A stretch of 64,000 nt of DNA from an uncultured Syntrophomonas sp. (GTDB lineage: Bacteria; Bacillota; Syntrophomonadia; Syntrophomonadales; Syntrophomonadaceae), in NCBI GenBank assembly GCA_964531295.1, contig CAZHHJ010000001.1, positions 1,239-65,238 of the forward strand, given 5' to 3'. Position numbers and translations under genes: made by a program. Positions 40,368 through 49,294 of this stretch are shown piece after piece (within the stretch, counting starts at the first letter, position 1; each line of letters opens with the position of its first letter). The notes under the pieces were generated by a model. The model was not told where the DNA came from and searched no databases. It saw only the letters and a program-made list of their open reading frames with translations.

Positions 40368-42050
40368 ATGAAACGCTTTTTTATCTTAATCCTCGCCGCT
40401 ATATTTTTGCTCAATTGCAGCTGGGTGCTGCTCCCTAAGCAAACCCAGGCTGCCGTTATTATCGAACATCAAGCTGAAGCCCAAGTTTTGTACTTTCTAG
40501 GAGTCTTTAATGGTACCCAGCAGGGATTTGAACTGGAGCGGATTCCCACCCGCGCTGAAGGGGCTGTAATGTTAGTGCGGTTGCTGGGCCAGGAAGATTA
40601 TGCCCTGCAGGCTAGGCTCTCTCATCCTTTCCGGGATGTTCCCAGTTGGGCTGACCCCTATGTAGCTTACCTGTACCAGCAAGGCTTAAGCAAGGGAACC
40701 AGTGCCTGGACTTTCTCCCCCCATGCTCCGCTTTCAGCAGAACAATATATGAGCTACCTATTAAGAACCCTGGCCTATGATGAAAGCCAAGGGGACTTTG
40801 TCTGGAATGAGTCCCTGACTAAAGCCAGGGAGGTGCATATCCTGGACACAGCCGCTTATAAGCAGTTCCTGGATTTGGGCTGTTTCCGCCGGGATCATAT
40901 GGTTTGGCTTTCCTACTTAGGTTTGCAAAGTAAATTGAAAAACCAGCCCTATACTCTGCTGGAAAAATTGGTAGAAAAGGATCATGTTATTACCGAGACT
41001 GCGGTGGCAGCCAGTGGCATCTACAGCGGAAATACTAGCAGCTTTTCTCCACAGTTGTTACGCGCTCCAGGGGTTTATTCGGCTAGAAACGCCCTGCAAT
41101 TACAGTTGGTACTGGAAAACGCCCTGCTCAATATGGAAACTGGATTTGCAGTTTATGTAAATGATTACCCGGGTAGTGCACTGAATGAATTTGAGAATGC
41201 TTTAGCAGCCGCTCAAAATTCTATTAGTACACAGACGGGAATAGCTCAAATATGTAAGAAATGGCACTGCCTATACGATGGAGAAGAATTAGAGGTAACT
41301 ATCGAATATGTTTACAATGATAAGCAGTACCTGACCTTGATGAAAAAGGTAAGAGAAATCATAAATGGCAGCATTCATAAGGGTATGAATGACTATGAAA
41401 AAGAAAAAGCCCTGCATGATTATATCATTAATCATGCTGAATATGACTATGACAATTTCCTGCATGGCACCATACCAGCCTCTTCCTATACCGCTTATGG
41501 AGTTCTAGTCTTGGGGCGCGGGGTGTGCCAGGGTTATGCAGAAGCCATGCACCTGTTGTGCCATGCCACTGGACTTAAATCCATGGTAGTTCAGGGCAGC
41601 TCGATCTTCGAAGGCAAATGGTATAATCATGCCTGGAATATAGTCCAGCTGGGAGGGGCATATTATCATCTTGACGTATGCTGGGATGACGTTATCGCGC
41701 CAAGCGGAAAGGGGGCTTTGGGTTATAGCTATTTCAATCTAAATGACCAGGATATAGCCAAAGACCACCGTTGGAATAAACAACAATACCCCACCTGCAC
41801 CGCAACTCAGTATAATTATTATGCATATAATCGGCAGCAGGTTCAGAACTACCAGGGATTCAGGACCTTCGTGAACAATGCCCTGGCTGGCCGGGCCGTT
41901 GAAATTACAGTTAAAGTGGCCGACTTCAAGCACAGCGATTATGGGGACCTGGGCTCGCTTATGTTCCGCAGCGGGAAAGTGCAGCGTTATAATTACAGTA
42001 TAGATGAAGACCGGGGTATCATCTTCATATTCAGCATTGTTTATAATTAG
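40368..42050 (+). CDS. secreted protein with an SLH-like N-terminal region and a transglutaminase-like cysteine protease core
   Basis: Signal peptide, SLH-like FRDVPSWADPYVAYLYQQGLSKG, and a Cys-His-Asp core GVCQGYAEAMHLL ... HAWNIVQLGGAYYHLDVCWDD. Confidence 0.78.
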   Translation: MKRFFILILAAIFLLNCSWVLLPKQTQAAVIIEHQAEAQVLYFLGVFNGTQQGFELERIPTRAEGAVMLVRLLGQEDYALQARLSHPFRDVPSWADPYVAYLYQQGLSKGTSAWTFSPHAPLSAEQYMSYLLRTLAYDESQGDFVWNESLTKAREVHILDTAAYKQFLDLGCFRRDHMVWLSYLGLQSKLKNQPYTLLEKLVEKDHVITETAVAASGIYSGNTSSFSPQLLRAPGVYSARNALQLQLVLENALLNMETGFAVYVNDYPGSALNEFENALAAAQNSISTQTGIAQICKKWHCLYDGEELEVTIEYVYNDKQYLTLMKKVREIINGSIHKGMNDYEKEKALHDYIINHAEYDYDNFLHGTIPASSYTAYGVLVLGRGVCQGYAEAMHLLCHATGLKSMVVQGSSIFEGKWYNHAWNIVQLGGAYYHLDVCWDDVIAPSGKGALGYSYFNLNDQDIAKDHRWNKQQYPTCTATQYNYYAYNRQQVQNYQGFRTFVNNALAGRAVEITVKVADFKHSDYGDLGSLMFRSGKVQRYNYSIDEDRGIIFIFSIVYN

Positions 42051-42093
42051 CCTTACCTGCAGTCCTTACGCAATAGTAACCGCCTTTAAAGTA

Positions 42094-42135
42094 TAAAAAG
42101 GCCGCCGGTTCTTAATCCAATCGGCGGCCTTTTTA
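42094..42135. terminator. bidirectional intrinsic terminator
   Basis: AAAAA-GGCCGCCG-N14-CGGCGGCC-TTTTTAT between convergent genes. Confidence 0.85.
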
Positions 42136-42153
42136 TACTTTCCAACCTTTCCC

Positions 42154-43098
42154 TTACCCTAGCAGTTGCTGTTTCTTTACCACCAAGGTTCCGGCTGCCA
42201 TATCGCCCAGCCTCTGATTATCGGCTGTAACCCACACAAATATAGCTCCCACTAGGTAACCGAACATTGCATCCACGATTCTCATCAGATTGCGGATAAG
42301 CGATTTAGTAATCCCACATGGTTCACCATTTTTGCTTACTACCCGCAAACCGCAGGCTAGTTTACCTATTGTTGCTCCTAGCAGGCCTTCCATCAAGATA
42401 TAATAAGCAAAGGTAAGAATCGCGGGAATGGCATACACACCATAATTAATAGTCCCGGTATAGGCTATCTGCTGCATCTGCGAGGTAAGCATACCTCCCA
42501 TAAATATTCCCATTACTACTGATAAAATTATCGTATCCAAGAGGGTAGCTAGAAAGCGAATCCCCACCCCACTGCCTTTTAGAGCCTGGACGGGATATGG
42601 GCTGGAGCCTGCTGCCGGATAAGGTGGATTGCCATAGGCTGGGACGGCAGTTGCTGCAGCTGGAGCCTGGTAATAAGGCGGTTGATTCTGAGCATACTCC
42701 GGTCCTGCCCCCGCGACCAGTGGCGCGGCAGTTGCCATCACCGGCATGCGAGTCCCACAGTTCATGCAAAAAGCCTGCCCCGCTTTTATCCCCCCCCCAC
42801 AGCCAGGACATCTAACGGCCTGGGGAGCCTGTACTGCAGGTCTACTGGGACCGGGCCCGGGAGATACTATCGGCGGCGCTGTTTTAGATGGGGGTTGAGG
42901 AACCGCAGAAGGTGCTGTCTGGGTCCCCACCAAACCTGCACCACAGCTCATACAGAAGGCCTGCCCGGCCTTTACTTCCCCTCCACAGGCGGGACAGCGG
43001 GGCGGCTGTGGCGCAGGGGCAGGCGTCTGCGGACTGCCACACAGGGGGCAGAATTTATTATTCTCTGAGATTTCCTGGGCGCAATTTTGGCATTTCAT
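42154..43098 (-). CDS. triple zinc-ribbon, proline-rich linker, RDD-domain membrane protein
   Basis: Three CxxC...CxxCG ribbons (CQNC..CPLCG, CPACG..CMSCG, CPGCG..CMNCG), P/A/Q-rich linkers, and a C-terminal RDD-family TM domain (RFLATLLDTIIL...). Confidence 0.8.
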   Translation of the reverse strand: MKCQNCAQEISENNKFCPLCGSPQTPAPAPQPPRCPACGGEVKAGQAFCMSCGAGLVGTQTAPSAVPQPPSKTAPPIVSPGPGPSRPAVQAPQAVRCPGCGGGIKAGQAFCMNCGTRMPVMATAAPLVAGAGPEYAQNQPPYYQAPAAATAVPAYGNPPYPAAGSSPYPVQALKGSGVGIRFLATLLDTIILSVVMGIFMGGMLTSQMQQIAYTGTINYGVYAIPAILTFAYYILMEGLLGATIGKLACGLRVVSKNGEPCGITKSLIRNLMRIVDAMFGYLVGAIFVWVTADNQRLGDMAAGTLVVKKQQLLG

Positions 43099-43372
43099 AT
43101 AAATCCTCTCCCTATATTTATAATTTAATATTTATAGTAAATTTGCTGCTTAAAGCTGACAAATAGCACTACCACTGTGCTGGCTAATAATCAGGGCCAT
43201 TAGCCTGGCATCTTTCACCTTTCTCCAAGAGGCTAATACTATTCTATATAAGCCTGGTAAAAACGAAAAGAAATAATCGAATTTTCCTCTTTCTGATGCC
43301 CCTAACCCCTCATTAAGGCAGGGTCTCTGTGTCCGCCAAGTATTGCCAATGATTCCTGCGGCAATGATGAAA

Positions 43373-44395
43373 TCAAACTTCGGCAGGAATCACAGTTACT
43401 CCGTCATCTGTACCCAACCATAAATTCCCCTCCTGGTCTTCCAGCCATACCTTGACTTCATTGCTGCTCATGCCATTTTTTTTCGTGTATATTTGCATGG
43501 ATGTTCCATCCCAGCGGGCCATACCATCATATTCGGAGCCAAACCAATATACCCCGCTGCGATCCTGGAATACTGATCTCACTTTTTCACCGGCCAGCCC
43601 ATCTTTCTTGGTCCATAACTCTCTAAATACCGGCTTATCTTTTTCAAAACTGAAGCGAACCAATCCGCCCCGGTTATAGAAGCCAGTACCCACCCAAATA
43701 TCATTATTGCAGTCCTGGAATATGGAACAAATGTTGTTATGCGGTAGGCCGTTGTCACTGGTGAAGCAGGTAAACTTTTGCCCATCATAATAAGTGAGCC
43801 CCCCTTCTGGAGCCGCATAAGAACCAAACCACATGCCGCCATTACTGTCCTGATAAAGAACGTTTACCGCATCATGGGCCAATCCGTCGGCCTGCGTAAG
43901 GACCCTCCATTTTTCCCCGGTCCAGCAGGCTGCTCCCCCCCAGGTTCCTACCCAGAGCTGTCTCTTATCATCCAGGAGTAAGGCATTAACATTGTCATTG
44001 GGCAAACCATCCTTTTTGCCATAATACAGGAATTCCCTGCCATTGTAGCAAATCAAGCCCTTTTCATATCCTATCCATAAATCTCCGTTATCGTCTATTA
44101 GCAAGGCCTTGACATAAGTCAGCCGAGGTTCTATTTCCAGCCGGCCCAGCATCTTTTTCTGCCGCCGGTCAATCTTATAAACCCCATCCCGGCCTCCAGC
44201 CCAGATTATATCCCCCTGACCTGCCAGAGCTGATACTTCATGGGGAGGACAGATAGCCAGCCAGCCGGCTTCCCGGGCAGCGGGGATCTCATCTTTTAGC
44301 CCCCACCAGGCCAGGATCAAAAGTGCTGCTAATAATAATATGATGATACCTATTCTTTTAATTATATTAAAGTGCATAGTCAATTTTTCCTTCAC
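43373..44395 (-). CDS. membrane-anchored stand-alone beta-propeller with two-component-regulator-propeller (Reg_prop) repeats
   Basis: N-terminal TM helix followed by repeated DGL(P/A)xNxV...D..G.(L/M)W(I/V/F)G(T/S) blades. Its start abuts the stop of the ABC ATPase gene (TGAGTG). Confidence 0.78.
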   Translation of the reverse strand: MKEKLTMHFNIIKRIGIIILLLAALLILAWWGLKDEIPAAREAGWLAICPPHEVSALAGQGDIIWAGGRDGVYKIDRRQKKMLGRLEIEPRLTYVKALLIDDNGDLWIGYEKGLICYNGREFLYYGKKDGLPNDNVNALLLDDKRQLWVGTWGGAACWTGEKWRVLTQADGLAHDAVNVLYQDSNGGMWFGSYAAPEGGLTYYDGQKFTCFTSDNGLPHNNICSIFQDCNNDIWVGTGFYNRGGLVRFSFEKDKPVFRELWTKKDGLAGEKVRSVFQDRSGVYWFGSEYDGMARWDGTSMQIYTKKNGMSSNEVKVWLEDQEGNLWLGTDDGVTVIPAEV

Positions 44396-45064
44396 TCAAT
44401 CGATAAGCAGCTGCCCCTGCTGCATTCTTATTACGGGTGCACCCAGTATCTCCACTTCCTGTCGGCTATGGGTAACATATAGCAGAGCGGCCTGGCTGTC
44501 CCGGGCTGAGCTTTTTATCAATTCTAACAGTTCTGCGGCAGCGGTATCGTCTAAATTAGTTAAGGGCTCATCCATCAACAAATAGTCAGGTTGGGCAGCC
44601 AAGGCTCTGGCCAGAGCCACCCTCCGCGCCTGACCTCCAGAAAGCTCTTGTGGGAATTTTTGCCGCTGTTCTAACAAGCCGGTCTTTTTGAGTATTTGCT
44701 GCATAAAATCCATTCTTTCGGCCGGGGATGTTCGATGCATTCCGAAAGCAATGTTTTCTTCTATCCTCATATGCGGCCACAGAGCAGCTTCCTGAAACAC
44801 GAAGCCTATCCCTCTCTCCCAGGGTGGCACTGCCCAGCCCGGCCCGCTGACCTCGCGCTTCCCTATATGTATGCTGCCCTGATCGGGAATTTCCAGGCCG
44901 GCAACGAGCCGCAAAAGGGTGGTTTTTCCGCAGCCAGAGGGGCCAAACAGGATGCGCCATTCTCCTGAATTTAATTCCAAGGCTACATTTTCCACGGCTT
45001 TAAACATGGCAAAAGACTTGCTTATATTAGTAATTTTAAGCAGCTCTTTTTCCCCTCCTTCCAC
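44396..45064 (-). CDS. ABC importer ATP-binding protein (Fe3+/FbpC-like, short form)
   Basis: GPSGCGKTT, LSGGQARR, LLMDEPL. The GTG start overlaps the permease gene end. Confidence 0.88.
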   Translation of the reverse strand: MEGGEKELLKITNISKSFAMFKAVENVALELNSGEWRILFGPSGCGKTTLLRLVAGLEIPDQGSIHIGKREVSGPGWAVPPWERGIGFVFQEAALWPHMRIEENIAFGMHRTSPAERMDFMQQILKKTGLLEQRQKFPQELSGGQARRVALARALAAQPDYLLMDEPLTNLDDTAAAELLELIKSSARDSQAALLYVTHSRQEVEILGAPVIRMQQGQLLID

Positions 45065-46649
45065 GCATGCTTCCAGAGCAAAACTTATTCATCCATACTA
45101 TCAGCACTACCATAATAAAAGTAATGACTATCAAGGCTGCACAAAGCCCGGCTACGGTATCGGTGGCTCCATAATGCAAATAATTATATATTTTCATAGT
45201 CAGAGTAGTTTTTCCAGCCGGAGCAACCAGCAGAGTGGCTCCCAGCTCACCGGCTGACAGGGCAAAAACCAGGCCCAGGGCAGCCAATAATCCAGGTATT
45301 ATGGAAGGAAGAAATACTCTTAGGAATCCATGCACTTCATTTTTTTGGAAAATATCGGCGGCTTCCAAGCCCAGGGGATTAATCCGTTTAATATAGACGG
45401 CTAAAACCATTACCGCCAGCGGCATAAATCGCAAGATACAAGCCAGTATCGGCATGGCTAGACTAGCATAAATGGCATTAGTGTAACTGTGGTTCCAGAG
45501 TGTTATCAAGGCTATACCCACCAAAGGAGCCGGCAAAGCCAAGGGCAGGGTAGTAATTATCCACCATCCCGTATTGCCTGGGGTTTTGCGCAAGAGTTCT
45601 TTAGCCACCGACAAGGCTGGAGGGATAATTAACCCTGCACTCAGCAAAGCAACCTGCAGGGACAAGGCGATTTCCTTTCTGGAGTCCCATATGGATGTAT
45701 AAAATGAAGCTAAGCTGCCGGTGAATTTCACTATTACCAATAACGGCACACCCACCTGCAATATCACCAGGAAGAAAACCATGATTTTAAGCTCTTGCCA
45801 TTCCCGGGGCCAACTGGGCACATTACTCAGTACCGAGTTAAACCTCTCTGGTTTTAATATGCTATTCCGTAATCCACTGCCAGTAAAAATCATAACCGGC
45901 ACAGTAATCATCAGCAGCGGAACACATAAGGCCATCACACAGCCCGGATTGTTACTGGCGCTGAACTCGGCAAAGATCTCCAGAGCATAAGTGCTGACCT
46001 GGAACAGAGCAGGAACACTGTAATCAACGATGGTCAATAAAAATAAAATCCCTATGGAAACCTTTATAATTGGATAGCTGAGCGGCAAAATGATTCGGGT
46101 CCACACCTTTTTATCGGGGGCAAAAACCCGAGCCGCCTCAATAATAACCGGGTTCAGCGAATAAAACCCCAGGATAATAATCCCAGTAGCTATGGGCAAG
46201 AGATACATCAACTGTACCAGGACCGCCGCCGCCCAGCCGGAAAAATTAATTCCCGGCAGGTTATGGCCTAACAACCAGCAATTAAGCAGGTTAAAAGCGG
46301 TCCCCCAAGCCAGGCTGTGAATATAAGCCGGCACCAGTATCATCAACAAAAAGAGCCATTTAACATATGCCCTCAGTCCCTGCTGCCATCTCCAGCAGTT
46401 GGCCGCGATGAGAAAGGCGATGGCTGTTCCTAATATAGCAACTATGCCGCCCATAGTGACGCTGTTTATAAGCAGGGCCAATCTACGGCCCTGGGGAAGC
46501 AAAAGGGGCAGCCATTCAACGGCTGGACTAGCCCCGGTTCTGAGCAAGAGGTAAAGCAGGGGCAGCAGTATGGTAATAAGGAATATGATCAGGCCCGACT
46601 GATGCCCCCATCGCCCAATGCTCAAGCAGTCCTTACGATAATCTGTCAT
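45036..46649 (-). CDS. ABC importer permease with duplicated BPD-type transmembrane domain (FbpB-like)
   Basis: 537 aa, about 12 TM helices, two permease halves. Confidence 0.88.
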   Translation of the reverse strand: MTDYRKDCLSIGRWGHQSGLIIFLITILLPLLYLLLRTGASPAVEWLPLLLPQGRRLALLINSVTMGGIVAILGTAIAFLIAANCWRWQQGLRAYVKWLFLLMILVPAYIHSLAWGTAFNLLNCWLLGHNLPGINFSGWAAAVLVQLMYLLPIATGIIILGFYSLNPVIIEAARVFAPDKKVWTRIILPLSYPIIKVSIGILFLLTIVDYSVPALFQVSTYALEIFAEFSASNNPGCVMALCVPLLMITVPVMIFTGSGLRNSILKPERFNSVLSNVPSWPREWQELKIMVFFLVILQVGVPLLVIVKFTGSLASFYTSIWDSRKEIALSLQVALLSAGLIIPPALSVAKELLRKTPGNTGWWIITTLPLALPAPLVGIALITLWNHSYTNAIYASLAMPILACILRFMPLAVMVLAVYIKRINPLGLEAADIFQKNEVHGFLRVFLPSIIPGLLAALGLVFALSAGELGATLLVAPAGKTTLTMKIYNYLHYGATDTVAGLCAALIVITFIMVVLIVWMNKFCSGSMRGRRGKRAA

Positions 46650-46656
46650 AAAACCT

Positions 46657-47688
46657 CTACCTTATATAAATCTCCCTCAGTTCTTTGCTAACCAGGTCCA
46701 GTTGCTCATAAGCCTGGGTAAGATTCACTTCCATGCCTTTTACTCCCAAGCTGGGCAGGTATTCAGATTCTATTCCTAAGGCTCTTACCGTTACCTGAGA
46801 AAAGCCCGCATTAAATACTTCCTTTTCCACTTCCGGACTCAGCAAATAGTCAATCAACTTTTGTCCAGCCTCGGGATGAGGGCCCCCGGCTACTAGCCCG
46901 GTAGTATAGGGAATAATTAGTGTCCCCATCTTATCTTGGTCGGGAAATATCATTTTGACCGGTTTCCCCTTTTCCAGGGCTCCTACCGCATCATCGGTAT
47001 CTGTCAGCCCCATCATTAATCTGCCGTCAGCCACCATGTCTCTCACCACCGAATTACCATCCACTACCTGTACTCCCCGGTCCTTTAGCTCCGAAAAGAA
47101 GCTCTTTCCTTCTTCCGGGCCTAAATAAGCGTACATGGCTGCCGCTTGAGTAGCAGTAGTACCAAACAGGGGATAAGCTATGCCCACTTTATCTGCCGGG
47201 TACTTTTCATTTAAAAAATCGAAAATAGAATCGGGATAATCCTCAGCTGCCATCAGTTCTGTATTTACTAGAATAACTCGGCACCTTCCCCCGGCACCGG
47301 CCCAATATCCTTCCGCATCAATCAGGTTTTCCGGAATATCCTGCGCTGAGGGAGACCGGTAGGGAGTTAATATCCCTTCCTGCTTCAATAGTATGGTTTG
47401 GGCAAACTCGCCATTCCAGAACACATCTGCCTGCGGGTTATTCTTCTCCGCTATCAGTCGATTTACCAAACCGGTAGTCTTGGCTGCTTCCACATCATAC
47501 ACCGCCTGCACTTTTATCCCACTGGACTTTTCAAATTCATTAAAGATGGGTTCGGCATAAATCTGATCCACGGAAGTATAGACCACCACTGTAGAATCCA
47601 CCTTTTCCTCCTGTGCGCAGCCTGCTGCCATAAAGCACGAGCTTATAAGCAGGCTAATGATCAAAAAGATCATACTCTTTCTCTGCAA
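46657..47688 (-). CDS. extracellular solute-binding lipoprotein (Fe3+/family 1 type)
   Basis: Lipobox FMAAGC. Periplasmic-binding-protein fold features (VVVYTS..., VFWNGE...). Confidence 0.85.
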   Translation of the reverse strand: MQRKSMIFLIISLLISSCFMAAGCAQEEKVDSTVVVYTSVDQIYAEPIFNEFEKSSGIKVQAVYDVEAAKTTGLVNRLIAEKNNPQADVFWNGEFAQTILLKQEGILTPYRSPSAQDIPENLIDAEGYWAGAGGRCRVILVNTELMAAEDYPDSIFDFLNEKYPADKVGIAYPLFGTTATQAAAMYAYLGPEEGKSFFSELKDRGVQVVDGNSVVRDMVADGRLMMGLTDTDDAVGALEKGKPVKMIFPDQDKMGTLIIPYTTGLVAGGPHPEAGQKLIDYLLSPEVEKEVFNAGFSQVTVRALGIESEYLPSLGVKGMEVNLTQAYEQLDLVSKELREIYIR

Positions 47689-47867
47689 AACTATCCGCTC
47701 CTTGTTATTGTAATTAGTTCAATTAATTTCGACACCAGTCCCTTTAAATCCTTGGAAAAAATAAATTAATCTTTGGCTATAAAAGCAGCCTTTATTGGTA
47801 ATAAATATACTAAGTATGTTTTTTATATCTTAACTGCTCAGCATAAACCAACTATTGCAGGAGGTAG

Positions 47868-48149
47868 ATGAGTTTGACAGTAAAGAGCCGTTACCAGAAG
47901 CTGGACGAACAGGTCCAGCAGTCCAGCCAGGAAGCTATCTGGTCCGCGCAGCAAGCCCATACCGCCGTTAATCAGGCTCAGAGTAGCTTGCTGCCCCAGG
48001 AAATTCAATATGCGGAAAGAAAAGTCTGGGAAGCCTTAAACTATGTGCGTCATGTACAGGATAACCTGCAGGCCGGGATTACGCCCGAAATTCAACAAAG
48101 TCTTCAGCAGGAGGAAGGCCGGCTTTTGCAGGAATATAATCTTTTTTAA
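47868..48149 (+). CDS. small Gln-rich helical hypothetical protein
   Basis: 93-aa ORF preceded by AGGAGG. The start may be the TTG at 47874, which has better spacing. No recognisable domain. Confidence 0.5.
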   Translation: MSLTVKSRYQKLDEQVQQSSQEAIWSAQQAHTAVNQAQSSLLPQEIQYAERKVWEALNYVRHVQDNLQAGITPEIQQSLQQEEGRLLQEYNLF

Positions 48150-48180
48150 AACAATACCATTATATTTCCCCCTCCAGTTG

Positions 48181-48230
48181 GGTGGAGGGAAGCCCTAATA
48201 GGGTCCCCCTCCACCTTATCTTCTTGCTTT
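48181..48230 (+). terminator. putative intrinsic terminator with an upstream competing segment
   Basis: GGTGGAGGG (48181-89) pairs with CCCTCCACC (48207-15) and is followed by TTATCTTCTTGCTTT. A copy CCCCCTCCA at 48168-76 can pair with the same G-rich arm. Confidence 0.5.
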
Positions 48231-48384
48231 AGATTATTGATACCTGAGCATACCCATATAGCAGATTGAAAACTAATTCCCTGTTTCAAGCAGGGAAATG
48301 CCAGCTATAAATCGTATTTAAATATATATACATATCTATCCAGGAACTAATTCTTTTATTGCTCCCAAAGAAAGAGGTGATCTG

Positions 48385-49215
48385 ATGAAGGCCGGGGTAT
48401 TCTATCATCCTGATTTTTACGAAAAAGGCTATTTTATACTAAAAGAACGGGTTAAGCCTGGTTTTGATGCACTAGAACCTCTAATCCGCCAGAATAAACT
48501 CCAGCGCTTTACCCCTGAAGTTGACGAGGAAAGTGAAGCCCTCCTGCTTGCAACCCACAGCCCCTCTCACCTTGCTTCAGTTCAAGCTGAGGGTGAGCAT
48601 AGCATTGCTCTCCTCTCCGCTGCCGGGGTAGTACAGGCGGCAGTAAAACTAGCCCGAGGAGAACTGGATTTTGCTTTCTGTTTTGTGGGTGCAGCCGGGC
48701 ATCATGCCAGTTATGACAACTACTGGGGCTTCTGCTTTTATAATGATGCAGTTATGGCCGTTAAAAAACTTCGGCAGCTGGGCATACAGAAGATAATGAT
48801 TGTCGATGTGGACCCGCATTTCGGTGATGGGACCCGTAACCTGCTGGGCCAGGACCGGGATATTATCCATATTAACTTCTTTGGCAACAACGGGGTACGC
48901 AATTTCGATAGTGTGTTACAAAATTACGATGTGCCAGTTCCCGCTTATGGTGATAAAAGCTTCTTGCAGGAAATGGACCTGGTTTTCAGTCAGCAGCAGT
49001 GGGATTTTGAATTTTTAATAGTGATCTTTGGTCACGATTCCCATGAGCGAGACTATGGCAACTGCCGGCTTAGCTTTAATGCCTTTCCTCGTATGGCAGA
49101 GAAAATCAAACAGCTAGCCGGGGATAAACCTGTTCTCTTCATCCTGTCCGGGGGCGATAATCCGGAAGTAGCCCGGGTGGTTATACCTTCAGTGATTGAA
49201 GTTTTTCTGGGGTAG
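48385..49215 (+). CDS. histone-deacetylase-family (arginase-fold) deacetylase, short form
   Basis: Motifs GAAGHHA and VDVDPHFGDGT. RBS AGAGGTGA. Confidence 0.82.
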   Translation: MKAGVFYHPDFYEKGYFILKERVKPGFDALEPLIRQNKLQRFTPEVDEESEALLLATHSPSHLASVQAEGEHSIALLSAAGVVQAAVKLARGELDFAFCFVGAAGHHASYDNYWGFCFYNDAVMAVKKLRQLGIQKIMIVDVDPHFGDGTRNLLGQDRDIIHINFFGNNGVRNFDSVLQNYDVPVPAYGDKSFLQEMDLVFSQQQWDFEFLIVIFGHDSHERDYGNCRLSFNAFPRMAEKIKQLAGDKPVLFILSGGDNPEVARVVIPSVIEVFLG

Positions 49216-49294
49216 CATGACAATCTTGTGGGTAGCCATTCCCTTGAGAGACTAATGCTTTCTTACTGAGGAATAATAAGTAAAAGTCAAAAGG

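Noticed and set aside
42446-43166. Several overlapping ORFs on both strands within the zinc-ribbon/RDD gene.
   Set aside because: They are a consequence of the GC- and Pro-rich repetitive coding sequence. Only the 314-aa frame shows coherent zinc-ribbon and RDD architecture.
44586-44968. 124-aa and 90-aa alternative-frame ORFs inside the ABC ATPase gene.
   Set aside because: They are embedded in a gene with Walker A, signature and Walker B motifs. Their translations are Arg/Gly/Ser-rich nonsense.
47689-47867. Fur box or riboswitch in front of the Fe3+-type ABC importer.
   Set aside because: The AT-rich segment AATTAATTGAACTAATTACAATAA only loosely resembles the 7-1-7 Fur consensus. I cannot support a call without a scoring matrix, and no extended RNA structure is visible.
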